A DNA stretch of 16,377 nucleotides from positions 1 through 16,377 of the forward strand of contig JAQGHM010000172.1 of NCBI GenBank assembly GCA_028291615.1, written 5' to 3'. Source of the DNA: Phycisphaerales bacterium (GTDB lineage: Bacteria; Planctomycetota; Phycisphaerae; Tepidisphaerales; Tepidisphaeraceae). Under the pieces are notes generated by a model, which was not told where the DNA came from, ran no database searches, and saw nothing but the letters and a program-made list of their open reading frames with translations. The number at the start of each line of letters is the position of its first letter. Within the stretch, counting starts at the first letter, position 1. Made by a program: the position numbers and the translations under genes. Shown here piece after piece: positions 1 to 8,004 of this stretch.

Positions 1-987
1 CACCGGGTGCTTCATCTCGGGCAGGCCGAGTTCCGCCAGGACTTCGCTGATGTCGCGCACGCGCGACGAGAACAGTTTGGCGCGATCGGCGTATTGCGGA
101 TCGTCGCGGAGCAGGTGATCGTAATCCTTGAGCATCGCGCCGCAGCCGGCGATGTTGGTGGCGATGAAGGTGGGGGCAGTGTTTCCTGTGCCCATCAGGG
201 CGCCGATGTTTTGGCGGGCGAAATCCCGGGCTGGTTCCCAATGGCCGTTGTGATGGTGGATGGCGCCGCAGCAGACTTGCGCGCGGGGGACGCGGACGTC
301 GGCGCCGCAGGCATTTAGCAATTCAATGGTTTGGCGATTTACCTTTTCGAACATGACGCTGCCGATGCAGCCGGGGAAGAAGGCGACGATCGTTTTCGGA
401 TCCGAGCTGATTGTGGCGCCCGGGGCGTTTTGCGCGGGCATCATCTTCGGCAATCGCGCCGGCCAAACCTTTCCATGGGCCGGCAGCATTTGCTCCATCT
501 TCCGCAACTGCGCCGGCAGCAGTTTGAACAATCCGATCCGCCGCAGCAGGCCGTATAGGCCGATCTTCTGCATCAGCCGGGCCGGGAGGAGCGCCAGCTT
601 CAGCCGCGTCGGATAGATGAAGACGTGGAAGAAGATCCACTGCATGAACCGGCCTTGCAGCGTGAGCTTTACGTCGCGGTTCAGCAGTTCGCGCGTCTCT
701 TCGATCAGCTCGTGGTAGACCACGCCGCTGGGGCAGGCCGTCTCGCAGGCGCGGCAGTCGAGGCAGAGGTCGAGGTGTTTGCGGACGGATTCGGTTGGCT
801 CGATCACGCCTTCGGCGAGTCCGCGCATCAACTGGATTCGGCCGCGGGGCGAATCTCCTTCGTGAAACGTTTGCGTGTAGGTGGGGCACGCGGGCAGGCA
901 CAGGCCGCAGTGCACGCAGGAGAGGGCGCGATCGTAGGTTCGCGGGTCGAGGGGCAGGGGGGTGATCTTCGTTGGAGCATCAGTCAT
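1..987 (-). CDS. (Fe-S)-binding CCG-domain protein, glycolate oxidase iron-sulfur subunit GlcF-like (partial: C-terminus lies beyond the left edge of the window)
   Basis: Reverse-complement translation from the ATG at 987-985 gives MTDAPTKITPLPLDPRTYDRALSCVHCGLCLPACPTYTQTF...KHLDLCLDCRACETACPSGV. These are two canonical CxxCxxCxxxCP 4Fe-4S ferredoxin motifs. Further on come FFPGCIGS and VCCGAIHHHNG, hallmarks of the cysteine-rich CCG domain of GlcF/HdrD/GlpC-type proteins. The frame stays open to position 1, so the ORF is absent from the track because it has no stop in the window. The start overlaps the upstream gene's stop as ATGA (984-987). Confidence 0.85.
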   Translation of the reverse strand, partial: MTDAPTKITPLPLDPRTYDRALSCVHCGLCLPACPTYTQTFHEGDSPRGRIQLMRGLAEGVIEPTESVRKHLDLCLDCRACETACPSGVVYHELIEETRELLNRDVKLTLQGRFMQWIFFHVFIYPTRLKLALLPARLMQKIGLYGLLRRIGLFKLLPAQLRKMEQMLPAHGKVWPARLPKMMPAQNAPGATISSDPKTIVAFFPGCIGSVMFEKVNRQTIELLNACGADVRVPRAQVCCGAIHHHNGHWEPARDFARQNIGALMGTGNTAPTFIATNIAGCGAMLKDYDHLLRDDPQYADRAKLFSSRVRDISEVLAELGLPEMKHPV

Positions 988-1928
988 AGAACGCCCACGA
1001 GATTCCCATCCGGATCAAACGCCGTTTTCAATCGTCCGAGCAACTCCGATATTCCTCGATCCATCTCGATCTGAACCTTTCCCTGCTCCAGAAAAAAGAC
1101 GGTGCCACTCGCCTGGCGCACCGCGGCTGTGATCGTCTGTCGCTGCGCTGCGGTTGCCATCCCCACGACGACGCCAAACGCGGCGTCCGCAGACCAATCT
1201 TTTAGCGCCGCCGACTTCGCGAACTCCAGGACCTTGACCGGCGGGACCGAGGCTCGGAAAGATCCATCGACCCCCGCGGCCTGCCAAAGCTCGGCACGAT
1301 GGCGGGTGTCTTCCTCCACCGTTCGGGCGATGATCTCACGCGGCTGGTGTGATGGCATCGCGTCGCGGTAGTACGCGATCGTTCGTTCATCGCCCAGGTA
1401 ACCGCACCACATCGCGTCGGTCGTTATCGCCGTCCACTGTGGCCGGCAGGGGGTCGGGAGCAGACGATTGATCTGCCATGCGTCGGGCGCGAATCGCGCG
1501 AGCAATGCGCCGGTTGGCCGCAGGTATGTCCGCGTTGTGATGGTGACAACCCGGCCGAATACTCCGCCTTGGCCCACCACAAACTTGGTCAGGTCGTAAC
1601 CGGCGACGTTCTTTACCGTGCGCCCGCCCGCGGTGATCAGCTCCCCGCGGCCGTTCAAGAATTGACAACCGAGCAGGAGATCGCGCCAGGCCCCGTATCC
1701 TAGCCGCAGCGGGCCGGTGGAATTGGTCTCCACAAGCCGTCCGAGCGTCCACGTCGCATCCCCATCGACCGGCAGCCACTGGCCGAGCTCCGCCAGCTTC
1801 TGTTGTGCCTCCGCCAGCGTTACGTCGGCGGAAAACGTGGCCGTCATGTCGCGCGCCTGCAGGTCCATCCCGCCGGGCGGAACCAGTGGCGGGCGATCGG
1901 GTCGATATTCCACGTCGGCGTGAGACAT
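984..1928 (-). CDS. FAD-binding oxidoreductase, glycolate oxidase subunit GlcE-like
   Basis: 314-aa ORF with an ATG start at 1928. It carries the second half of a PCMH-type FAD-binding domain (GELITAGGRTVKNVAGYDLTKFVVGQGGVFGRVVTITTRTYLRP, compare E. coli GlcE GGEVMKNVAGYDLSRLMVGSYGCLGV). The C-terminal LKTAFDPDGNL motif is typical of GlcD/GlcE. The stop overlaps the glcF-like start (ATGA), implying translational coupling. Confidence 0.8.
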   Translation of the reverse strand: MSHADVEYRPDRPPLVPPGGMDLQARDMTATFSADVTLAEAQQKLAELGQWLPVDGDATWTLGRLVETNSTGPLRLGYGAWRDLLLGCQFLNGRGELITAGGRTVKNVAGYDLTKFVVGQGGVFGRVVTITTRTYLRPTGALLARFAPDAWQINRLLPTPCRPQWTAITTDAMWCGYLGDERTIAYYRDAMPSHQPREIIARTVEEDTRHRAELWQAAGVDGSFRASVPPVKVLEFAKSAALKDWSADAAFGVVVGMATAAQRQTITAAVRQASGTVFFLEQGKVQIEMDRGISELLGRLKTAFDPDGNLVGVL

Positions 1929-1973
1929 TCGCGCGTCCCAGTGTAGCGGGACGGTCGCACGATTGAAGGGCGC

Positions 1974-2381
1974 TCACGTCCCTTCGATCTTCACGAGGAT
2001 CTTGCGCAAGGTATCCAACACTTCCTCCTGAACGGCATCGCGTTTTCCTTCGGTTTCGCCGTCGAGGGTCTTGGCTGCCATGGCTGGGCCCATTGTCATG
2101 AGGGTCGAGCCCAGGAGCTTTCCGAGCGGCGTTTTGGCGAAGATGTCGCCGTAGCCGACGGAGAGGCACGTCGAGCAATAGACCATCGCGTCGAAGACGT
2201 CGTTCACCTTTGGATTGCGGTTCTTCTCAAGCAGGTAGAACAAGACCGTGCTAAGGCCTACGACCGTCGCGGTGTTGCGGCAGGGGGATTCCGCCAGTTT
2301 TCCGGCCCAGCGTTCGAGGTCCGCCCCGAATTCTTCGGGGACGCTCAATCCGATTGCTACCAGGTTTTCACGCAAACCCAT
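1974..2381 (-). CDS. minimal two-TM potassium channel (Ion_trans_2 family)
   Basis: 135-aa ORF with an ATG at 2381. M1 helix TATVVGLSTVLFYLL. Pore helix plus selectivity filter VNDVFDAMVYCSTCLSVGYGDI (K+ channel signature T/SxGYGD). M2 helix LGKLLGSTLMTMGPAMAA. It ends 45 bp upstream of the glcE-like start on the same strand. Confidence 0.7.
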   Translation of the reverse strand: MGLRENLVAIGLSVPEEFGADLERWAGKLAESPCRNTATVVGLSTVLFYLLEKNRNPKVNDVFDAMVYCSTCLSVGYGDIFAKTPLGKLLGSTLMTMGPAMAAKTLDGETEGKRDAVQEEVLDTLRKILVKIEGT

Positions 2382-2418
2382 GATGGATCACCGCAATTCC
2401 AAGCGTAAAACCGGGTGA

Positions 2419-2438
2419 CCCACCCCACGCGGGATGGG
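2419..2438 (-). terminator. weak candidate hairpin downstream of the flotillin gene (cccaccc-cacgc-ggg(a)tggg), followed on the minus strand by ..GGUUUUAC
   Basis: It lies in the 76-bp gap between the flotillin stop (2458) and the K+ channel start (2381). The stem is a 7-bp GC stem with one bulge, and the U-tract is 10 nt away, so it is not a textbook intrinsic terminator. Confidence 0.25.
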
Positions 2439-2457
2439 CCACCCACTGAAGCAGCAA

Positions 2458-4332
2458 TTACAGCTTGCGGCCCTTCCGCTCGGGCGCATCGGCCACCGCG
2501 ACCTCTGCCGCCGCCGCCGCGCCGTTTCCTTCCGCTGGCTTTGCGCTGAGCTGCGACATCACCGCGTTGCCGATCTTGTCGAGCATCGTCTTGCCTTCTT
2601 CGGGCAGGGTCTTGAGCAGGCCGTCCGCTGCGGCGCCCATGCTGGCGGCGCGCATGAACTGCATGCTCATCTTGGCCATCGTGTCGGGGTCGCCGAAGAT
2701 CTGCATCGTCGCCTTGGCGAACATGTTCCCCAGCGCCTGGGCGGCGGCGATGCGCACCTCGCGCTCGGCGTTGACGCGGTACTTTTCCAGCTCGAACTTC
2801 AGGGCGGCGTCCTCGAATTCCTGCTTGTTCGACAGGCTCTGGCGTTCCACGTCCACGCGCGCCTGCTCGACGCCGACGCGCTCGCGCTCGACGGTCACAT
2901 CGACCATCTTGATCGCGCGTTCGCCGTCGGCGCGCTTGCTTGCCGCCTGGGCGTCGCCGTCCGCCAGCTTCAGCTTGGCCAGGTAGCGCAGGTCGGCGGC
3001 GTCCTTCTCGGCTGTCGCATCCTTGATCTGCGTGTAGGCCATTACGTCCGCTTCGGTCTGGTCGCGGATCTTCTTCTCGTTGATCACCTGCTGGGCGGCG
3101 ATGAGCTTCTTGGCGGCTTCGCGGTCGGCCTCGGCGGTGACCGTGACCGTCACGACGCGCTGCTTGGCGGCCTCGCGCTCGGCCTCGGCGGTCAGCGCGC
3201 TGGCCTGTGCGGTCGCACGCTCCTGCTCCTTCTCCGCGACGGCGACCTCCTTGGCGCGCTCGGCGACTTCCACCGCCTGGCGCTTGACGATCTCGCTGGT
3301 CTCCTGCTCGCGGTTCTTGGCGATCAGCGCGATCTTGCGCGCCACCTGCGCCTGCTCGACCGCCAACGTGCGCTCGACCTCGGCGGTCTCGATCTGCTTC
3401 TGCTTTTCGATGTCGCGGCGGGCGACGGCCTCATCCTGCGAGAGCTTGAACTCGGCCACCTCGCGCTCGCGGGCGGCGCGGACGTTGGCGACCTTGGACC
3501 GCTGGTCGGCTTCAAACTCCGCTTGGTCGCGCTCCATGTCGAGCACCTTTTTCTTGGTCTCGACGTTCTTGGCCACCACCTGCCGCTGCGCTTCCATCTC
3601 AATGTGGTTGCGCTCGACGCGGGCCTTCTGGGTGATCTCGGCGATCTTGCGCAGGCCCTGGGCGTCGAAGACGTTCCGTTCCTGCAGGGCGGATGGGTCG
3701 GTCTGGTCGAGGGACGAGATCGTCACGGACTCGAGCGTTAAGCCGTTGGTCGCGAGGTCGTGGGTGACGATCTCCTGCACTGCCGAGGCGAACTCATCGC
3801 GCTTGGCGTGGAGCTCGACCAATTCCTTGGTCGCCGCCACGGTGCGCAGGGCCGAGACCAGCTTGTCTTCCACCAATTCCGCCACGGCGTCGGGCTGCAC
3901 GCTGCGCCCGCCCAGCGATCTGGCCGCCTGCTGGATGTCCTCACGGCTGGGTTGAACCTTGATGTAGAACTCGGCCGACAGGTCGACGCGGAGGTTGTCC
4001 TTGGTGATCAGGGCATGGGGGCCGCGGCGCTCGACGTTGAGGCGCATCGTCTCCAGCGAGACCGCGGTCAGGTTGTGGATGATCGGGATCACGATCGCGC
4101 CGTCATCGAGGATCACCTTGGGCCCTTTGCCGCCGGTGCGGACGTACGCCATGTTCGCCGAGGTCTTGCGGTAGAAGCGGGTAAAGATGGTGATGAACGC
4201 GACTGCCACCAGTAGAATCGAGCCCACAATCGTGAGCACATAGCCTCCCGTCTGCGGAAGTTGCGGTACCAGCCCGGTCCAGGGGACGATCGCCATTGCG
4301 GCGCCCAGCACGAATAAGAGGATGAGAATCAT
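2458..4332 (-). CDS. flotillin-like SPFH/band-7 family protein (YqiK/FloT-like)
   Basis: The protein has N-terminal hydrophobic helices and an SPFH domain (MAYVRTGGKGPKVILDDGAIVIPIIHNLTAVSLETMRLNVERRGPHALITKDNLRVDLSAEFYIKV, compare E. coli YqiK AFVRTGLGGQKVVMSGGAIVMPIFHE). A very long Glu/Ala/Arg/Lys-rich coiled-coil region follows, typical of flotillins. The track ORF extends to 4395, but that codon is TTG directly abutting the nfeD stop. The first ATG is at 4332 and is preceded by GGAG 7 nt upstream (ttGGAGaactgtcATG), so I call 4332 the start (624 aa). Confidence 0.9.
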   Translation of the reverse strand: MILILLFVLGAAMAIVPWTGLVPQLPQTGGYVLTIVGSILLVAVAFITIFTRFYRKTSANMAYVRTGGKGPKVILDDGAIVIPIIHNLTAVSLETMRLNVERRGPHALITKDNLRVDLSAEFYIKVQPSREDIQQAARSLGGRSVQPDAVAELVEDKLVSALRTVAATKELVELHAKRDEFASAVQEIVTHDLATNGLTLESVTISSLDQTDPSALQERNVFDAQGLRKIAEITQKARVERNHIEMEAQRQVVAKNVETKKKVLDMERDQAEFEADQRSKVANVRAAREREVAEFKLSQDEAVARRDIEKQKQIETAEVERTLAVEQAQVARKIALIAKNREQETSEIVKRQAVEVAERAKEVAVAEKEQERATAQASALTAEAEREAAKQRVVTVTVTAEADREAAKKLIAAQQVINEKKIRDQTEADVMAYTQIKDATAEKDAADLRYLAKLKLADGDAQAASKRADGERAIKMVDVTVERERVGVEQARVDVERQSLSNKQEFEDAALKFELEKYRVNAEREVRIAAAQALGNMFAKATMQIFGDPDTMAKMSMQFMRAASMGAAADGLLKTLPEEGKTMLDKIGNAVMSQLSAKPAEGNGAAAAAEVAVADAPERKGRKL

Positions 4333-4395
4333 GACAGTTCTCCAATTGCAAAGTGTTCGAGTGTTCAATCCCGCCGACACGTTTCGGTCGGTCAA

Positions 4396-5151
4396 TCAAT
4401 CCAGTTGTCTCACGAAGAAAAACCGTTCGTCCGCGCGATACGCCACGAGCTTGACCTTCGCGCCGCGCGGGATCGGCTCGATGCCCGCCGCCACCCGGCA
4501 GGGGAGTTGCTTCAGGTCCCCACGGCCGTCCCGCACCGCTACCAGGCCGAATCGCTCGTCAATTCCGTACAGCGCCTGCCCGACCTCGCCCACGTGGTCG
4601 CTCTGCCGCAGTGCGAGGTTCTGGTTCAGCGGCACGAACCGCGCGATCAGCATCACGAGGGTCCGCGTGATCAGGACGCTGGCGAGCATGGCGAGCGGGA
4701 TTGAGATTCGCGCCGCTTCGAAGTCCGTGCGCGGCCGCAGGATGGCGTTGGTGAGGAAGCCGGCCGCGCCCCACGTCAGCAGGAGGACGAGGGCGATCAG
4801 GCTGAGCGGCACGCGGCCGACGCCCAGCCACGCCAGCGCCGCCAGGTGCGCCGGCGTCTGCTCGGCCTCGTGGGAATCGCTGTCGCCATCGCCGTCGGCA
4901 TCCGAGTCTGCGTCATGCCCATCCGCGTCTGCGTCGGCATGTACATCGCCATCTGCATCGGCATCGATATGCGCGTCAGCATCGGCATCCACATCAGCAT
5001 CGGCATCGGCGTGGATATCGCCGTGCGCATCAGCGTCGGCGTCGCCCATGCCCACGCCGCCCAGCGTGCAGGCGAACAGGTAGACCAGTGCCACCGCGAA
5101 CGGCGCGACGAAGATCAGGTTCCACCAACTGAGAATCCATTGCAGGGTCAT
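4396..5151 (-). CDS. NfeD-like (YqiJ/DUF1449-type) membrane protein with C-terminal OB-fold, partner of flotillin, carrying an inserted Asp/Ala/His-rich repeat
   Basis: ATG at 5151 with GGAGG 8 nt upstream. TM helices at the N-terminus and mid-protein, and a C-terminal beta-rich OB-like segment (GIDERFGLVAVRDGRGDLKQLPCRVAAGIEPIPRGAKVKLVAYRADERFFFVR). It sits immediately upstream of the flotillin gene with a 63-bp gap, the conserved nfeD-flotillin (yqiJ-yqiK) arrangement. Confidence 0.8.
   Translation of the reverse strand: MTLQWILSWWNLIFVAPFAVALVYLFACTLGGVGMGDADADAHGDIHADADADVDADADAHIDADADGDVHADADADGHDADSDADGDGDSDSHEAEQTPAHLAALAWLGVGRVPLSLIALVLLLTWGAAGFLTNAILRPRTDFEAARISIPLAMLASVLITRTLVMLIARFVPLNQNLALRQSDHVGEVGQALYGIDERFGLVAVRDGRGDLKQLPCRVAAGIEPIPRGAKVKLVAYRADERFFFVRQLD
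4870..5043 (-). repeat. imperfect tandem hexamer repeat (GCRTCR units; GCATCGGCATC recurring) inside nfeD-like, encoding ~58 aa of DADA(D/H/G) repeats
   Basis: Directly visible on the plus strand as ...gccatcgccgtcggcatccgagtctgcgtcatgcccatccgcgtctgcgtcggcatgtacatcgccatctgcatcggcatcgatatgcgcgtcagcatcggcatccacatcagcatcggcatcggcgtggatatcgccgtgcgcatcagcgtcggcgtcgcc. Minus-strand translation is DADADAHGDIHADADADVDADADAHIDADADGDVHADADADGHDADSDADGDGDSDSH. Confidence 0.85.
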
Positions 5152-5373
5152 ACGTCACCCCTCCCGGAAAAGAGGGCAAACGACGATTGCGACTCACACA
5201 TCACGAATGGAAGTTTTATCCCCGCCTAATCGGCATGTCCGCTATAACCCCGCGCGCCGAATATAACGCCTTCGGCACACGTCCTGCTCAAGACTTACAG
5301 CGTTATCAGCCCGTCTGCCGCTGGCAGTCGCTTTGCGGTTTCGCCCGTTAAATCGCGCAACAGAAATGGAAAC

Positions 5374-7053
5374 TCAGCGCCCCTTCGCCGCCCCGACTTC
5401 AGCCACTGTCGCCACCGGTAGCGCCGGCGTTACCGGTCGATCGACCGCCCCCGCGCCGCCCGCGTGGCGGATCGCGTTCAACGGCTGCTCGAGTGACTTG
5501 AGCAGCGGCGTTGGGAAGACGCCCAGCACGATCACGAGGATCGCCAGCGGCAGCAGCACCAGCACCTCGCGCTTGGTGATGTCGCCGCCGGGGATGTACT
5601 TGGGGTGGACCGTGGCGTGCGTGCCATGTTCCTCGTGCACTAGCGGATAGTGCAGCGGGCCGAAGAGTAGCGTGCTGCCGAAGCGCAGCATGTACGCGGC
5701 GCCGAGGATGATGCCGAGCGACGCGATCACGCCGTAGGCGACGCCCAAGTGCTCGCTGGTGAAGGCGCCCAAGATCGTCAGGAACTCGCTGACGAAACCG
5801 TTCAAGCCCGGCAGGCCCAGCGCCGCCATCGTGAAGAGCATCATGAAGAACGCGAGCTTGGGCATCGCCCGTGCGAGGCCTGAAAGTTCGCGGATGTCGC
5901 GGGTGTGATACCGGTTGTAGATCATCCCGACGGTGAGGAAGAGCGCGCCGCTGACGATGCCGTGGTTGATCATGTAGAGCACCGAGCCGGCCATCCCCTC
6001 GGGGTTGAGCGCCAGCATCCCCAGCACGCAAAAGCCCAGGTGCGATACCGATGAATAGGCGATCAGCTTCTTGATGTCCGTCTGCACCCACGCGACCAGG
6101 GCGCCATAGACGATCCCGATCAGGCAGAGCACCGCCAGCACGGTAAGCACCTGCGGGAAGAGGACGCTGCCGTCGGCGTTGATCATTCCCACCGGCAGGG
6201 CGATGCGGAGGAGGCCGTAGGTGCCGAGCTTGAGCACCAGCGCCGCCAGATCGACGCTGCCCGCGGTCGGGGCTTCGGTGTGCGCCAGCGGGAGCCACGT
6301 GTGCAGCGGGAAGAGGGGCGTCTTCACGCAAAAGGCCGCCAACAAGCCCATCAGTACCCAGAAGCGCTCGTTGGTCGCCATGTGGTTCTGCGCGAAGAAC
6401 ACGACCGAGGGGATGTCGAACGTCTGCGCCCGCAGACCGAGGTAGACGATCGCCGCCAGCGCGAAGACCGACGCGGAGAAGGTGTAGAGGAACAGCGTAA
6501 CCGCCGCCCGCCGCCGTTCCTTACCGCCCCAGATGCCGACGATGAAGAAGAGCGGCACGAGCGACGCCTCGAAGAAGACGTAGAAGAGCAGCAGGTCCGT
6601 GGCCATGAACGTGCCGAGCATGAAGACCAGCAGCAGGTTCATGTTCGCGTAATGCTCGCGCGAGCGCATGTGCACCGAGCGCAGCGACGCCGTCACCGCG
6701 ATCGGGTGCAGCACCGCCGTGAGCAACACCAGCAGCAGCGAGATCTGATCCAAGCCCAGCGCGAACTGAAATCCGAGTTGCTCGATCCGCGGCCCCTTCA
6801 CGACAAACTGATATCCGCCCTGGTGCCAGTCGTAATGCATCGCCATCGCGAACGCGGCGAACAGCGTGCTGGCGCTGACGCCCAGCCCCCAGGTCTTGCC
6901 GCGCATGCGCGGCGGCAGGAGCATCCCGCCGATCACGCCAATGAGCGGAACCACGAGAATGCCCAGCGGCAGGTACCGCGGCGGGAGCAGCGCCGCCCCG
7001 CCGCTCAGGCACGCGAGGATTATCAACAGTCGAATCGGTAAGCGCCGAACCAT
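5374..7053 (-). CDS. nuoM: NADH-quinone oxidoreductase subunit M (NuoM/ND4 family, complex I antiporter-like subunit), apparently orphan
   Basis: Strong family signatures: [60 protein letters not shown], and [25 protein letters not shown]. These match E. coli NuoM ([56 protein letters not shown]). The track start at 7095 is GTG. The first ATG is at 7053 ([16 protein letters not shown]...), which matches the expected N-terminus, so I use 7053 (559 aa). No other nuo genes are adjacent. Confidence 0.9.
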   Translation of the reverse strand: [559 protein letters not shown]

Positions 7054-7128
7054 GGGGCGGAATCGTAGTGGAGGGGAGGCGGGTTGTCGATGCACGCCCC
7101 ACCCCTTACCGGACGCGCGTCCGATCCG

Positions 7129-8004
7129 CTACGCGGCCGCCGGGAACTGACCCGGTCTTCGAACCAGTCTGGCGTGAAGCGCACGCAGGCGATGCGCGTC
7201 GGCGTCATCGCCCGGCGTCCAGAGGATCGCTTCGGAGGCCGCGGCGCCAAGCGCCTGGGCTCCAGCGATTGGAACGCCCCAGCGCGGTTCGACATCCACC
7301 TCGATCCGCGGCATGCACCGGTCCTTAGCGAGAGTCCGTCCGGCTAGAATGGCGCCGGGCGCACCCGCAATCAACCCCGCTGCAATGGTCGCGCCAGCCA
7401 GCGCCTTGTTCGGCTCGGCGACAACGTCACGCCGCGCGAAACGCACGCGCGCGCCGCCGATTCCGGCAACGTTCACGCGGTATTCCGCCACGAGCGTGAA
7501 GACTCTGGACTGTCCGCGCATCGGGACATCCACCTGCGCCAGCTTGACGGCCGAACCACCCACCGAAACATCGATCGGCGGCACCTCGGCGCTGATCGCA
7601 TTGTCATCGTTCAACACCGAGACCGTGATCCGTGCACGGCGCGGCGCGTCCATCAGGTTCTGTACAGCGAATTCCCAGCGGATGCCGGCTTCGACCTGGC
7701 GGGCTCGACCGACCACATGGATGCCGTTGCACTCCCGTATCTCGCCAGGTTCAAAAAGGATCGCCAGGATGTCGGGATGCAGATCAGGACGCCCAACCGC
7801 GCGAACGTGCCAGAAGCCCAGCGCCGTGATCAAGACGACGATCCCTCCCACCAGTTCGTATGCGAGCGCGTGTTGTCCCGGCGAGGCGTAGACCGCAAAA
7901 GCGGTCGCAAAAATCAATGGGAGGACCATCAACCCGATCGTGATCTGTTGCCAGGTGAGTGCAACAAGGTTCCCCTGCCGTTCGCCCGCGTTTTCGTGAC
8001 TCAT
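7129..8004 (-). CDS. hypothetical membrane protein (two N-terminal TM helices plus ~200-aa soluble domain of unknown function)
   Basis: Long uninterrupted ORF on the same strand, 75 bp upstream of the nuoM-like start. The ATG at 8004 is preceded by GGAG 7 nt upstream (gtctcGGAGcgcacatATG). The longer 8025 start would contain this RBS inside it. Hydrophobic helices are ITIGLMVLPLIFATAFAVYA and LVGGIVVLITALGFW. I recognise no domain. Coding is supported mainly by length, strand context and the RBS. Confidence 0.55.
   Translation of the reverse strand: MSHENAGERQGNLVALTWQQITIGLMVLPLIFATAFAVYASPGQHALAYELVGGIVVLITALGFWHVRAVGRPDLHPDILAILFEPGEIRECNGIHVVGRARQVEAGIRWEFAVQNLMDAPRRARITVSVLNDDNAISAEVPPIDVSVGGSAVKLAQVDVPMRGQSRVFTLVAEYRVNVAGIGGARVRFARRDVVAEPNKALAGATIAAGLIAGAPGAILAGRTLAKDRCMPRIEVDVEPRWGVPIAGAQALGAAASEAILWTPGDDADAHRLRALHARLVRRPGQFPAAA

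Noticed and set aside
1387-2178. 263-aa Arg-rich minus-strand ORF spanning the glcE-like start and the K+ channel gene in another frame
   Set aside because: It is an alternative frame of two well-supported genes. Its composition (RRR, PRR runs) is typical of out-of-frame GC-rich translation.
2434-3955. Large plus-strand ORFs (2434..3741, 3080..3955, 2465..2986) antisense to the flotillin gene
   Set aside because: The translations are Leu/Gly/Asp/Arg/Ala-rich low-complexity with no recognisable domain. The minus strand at the same place encodes a clearly homologous SPFH/flotillin protein. These are GC-driven open frames.
4333-4395. Longer flotillin start at 4395 (track ORF 2458..4395)
   Set aside because: The codon at 4395 is TTG immediately abutting the nfeD stop, with no RBS. 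The first ATG at 4332 has a well-spaced GGAG, and the product then begins with the hydrophobic helix as in YqiK.
5256-5276. Hairpin gccgaa-tataacgcc-ttcggc after the nuoM-like stop as a possible terminator
   Set aside because: The stem is only 6 bp and no U-tract follows on either strand.
5235-5351. 38-codon plus-strand small ORF (MSAITPRAEYNAFGTRPAQDLQRYQPVCRWQSLCGFAR) in the nuoM-nfeD intergenic region
   Set aside because: It has no RBS, no recognisable features, and is in a region more plausibly promoter or leader for the nfeD-flotillin operon. It is too short to support by composition alone.
5399-7041. ORFs 5399..6331 (-) and 6280..7041 (+) overlapping the nuoM-like gene in other frames or strand
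   Set aside because: The translations are Arg/Glu/Gln-rich nonsense, while the chosen frame gives unmistakable NuoM motifs.
7054-7095. GTG start at 7095 for nuoM-like, TTG at 9416 for argG, GTG at 16163 for sppA, and the 8025 start for the hypothetical protein
   Set aside because: These track starts are non-ATG codons. In each case a downstream in-frame ATG has a better RBS and a better match to the expected N-terminus.
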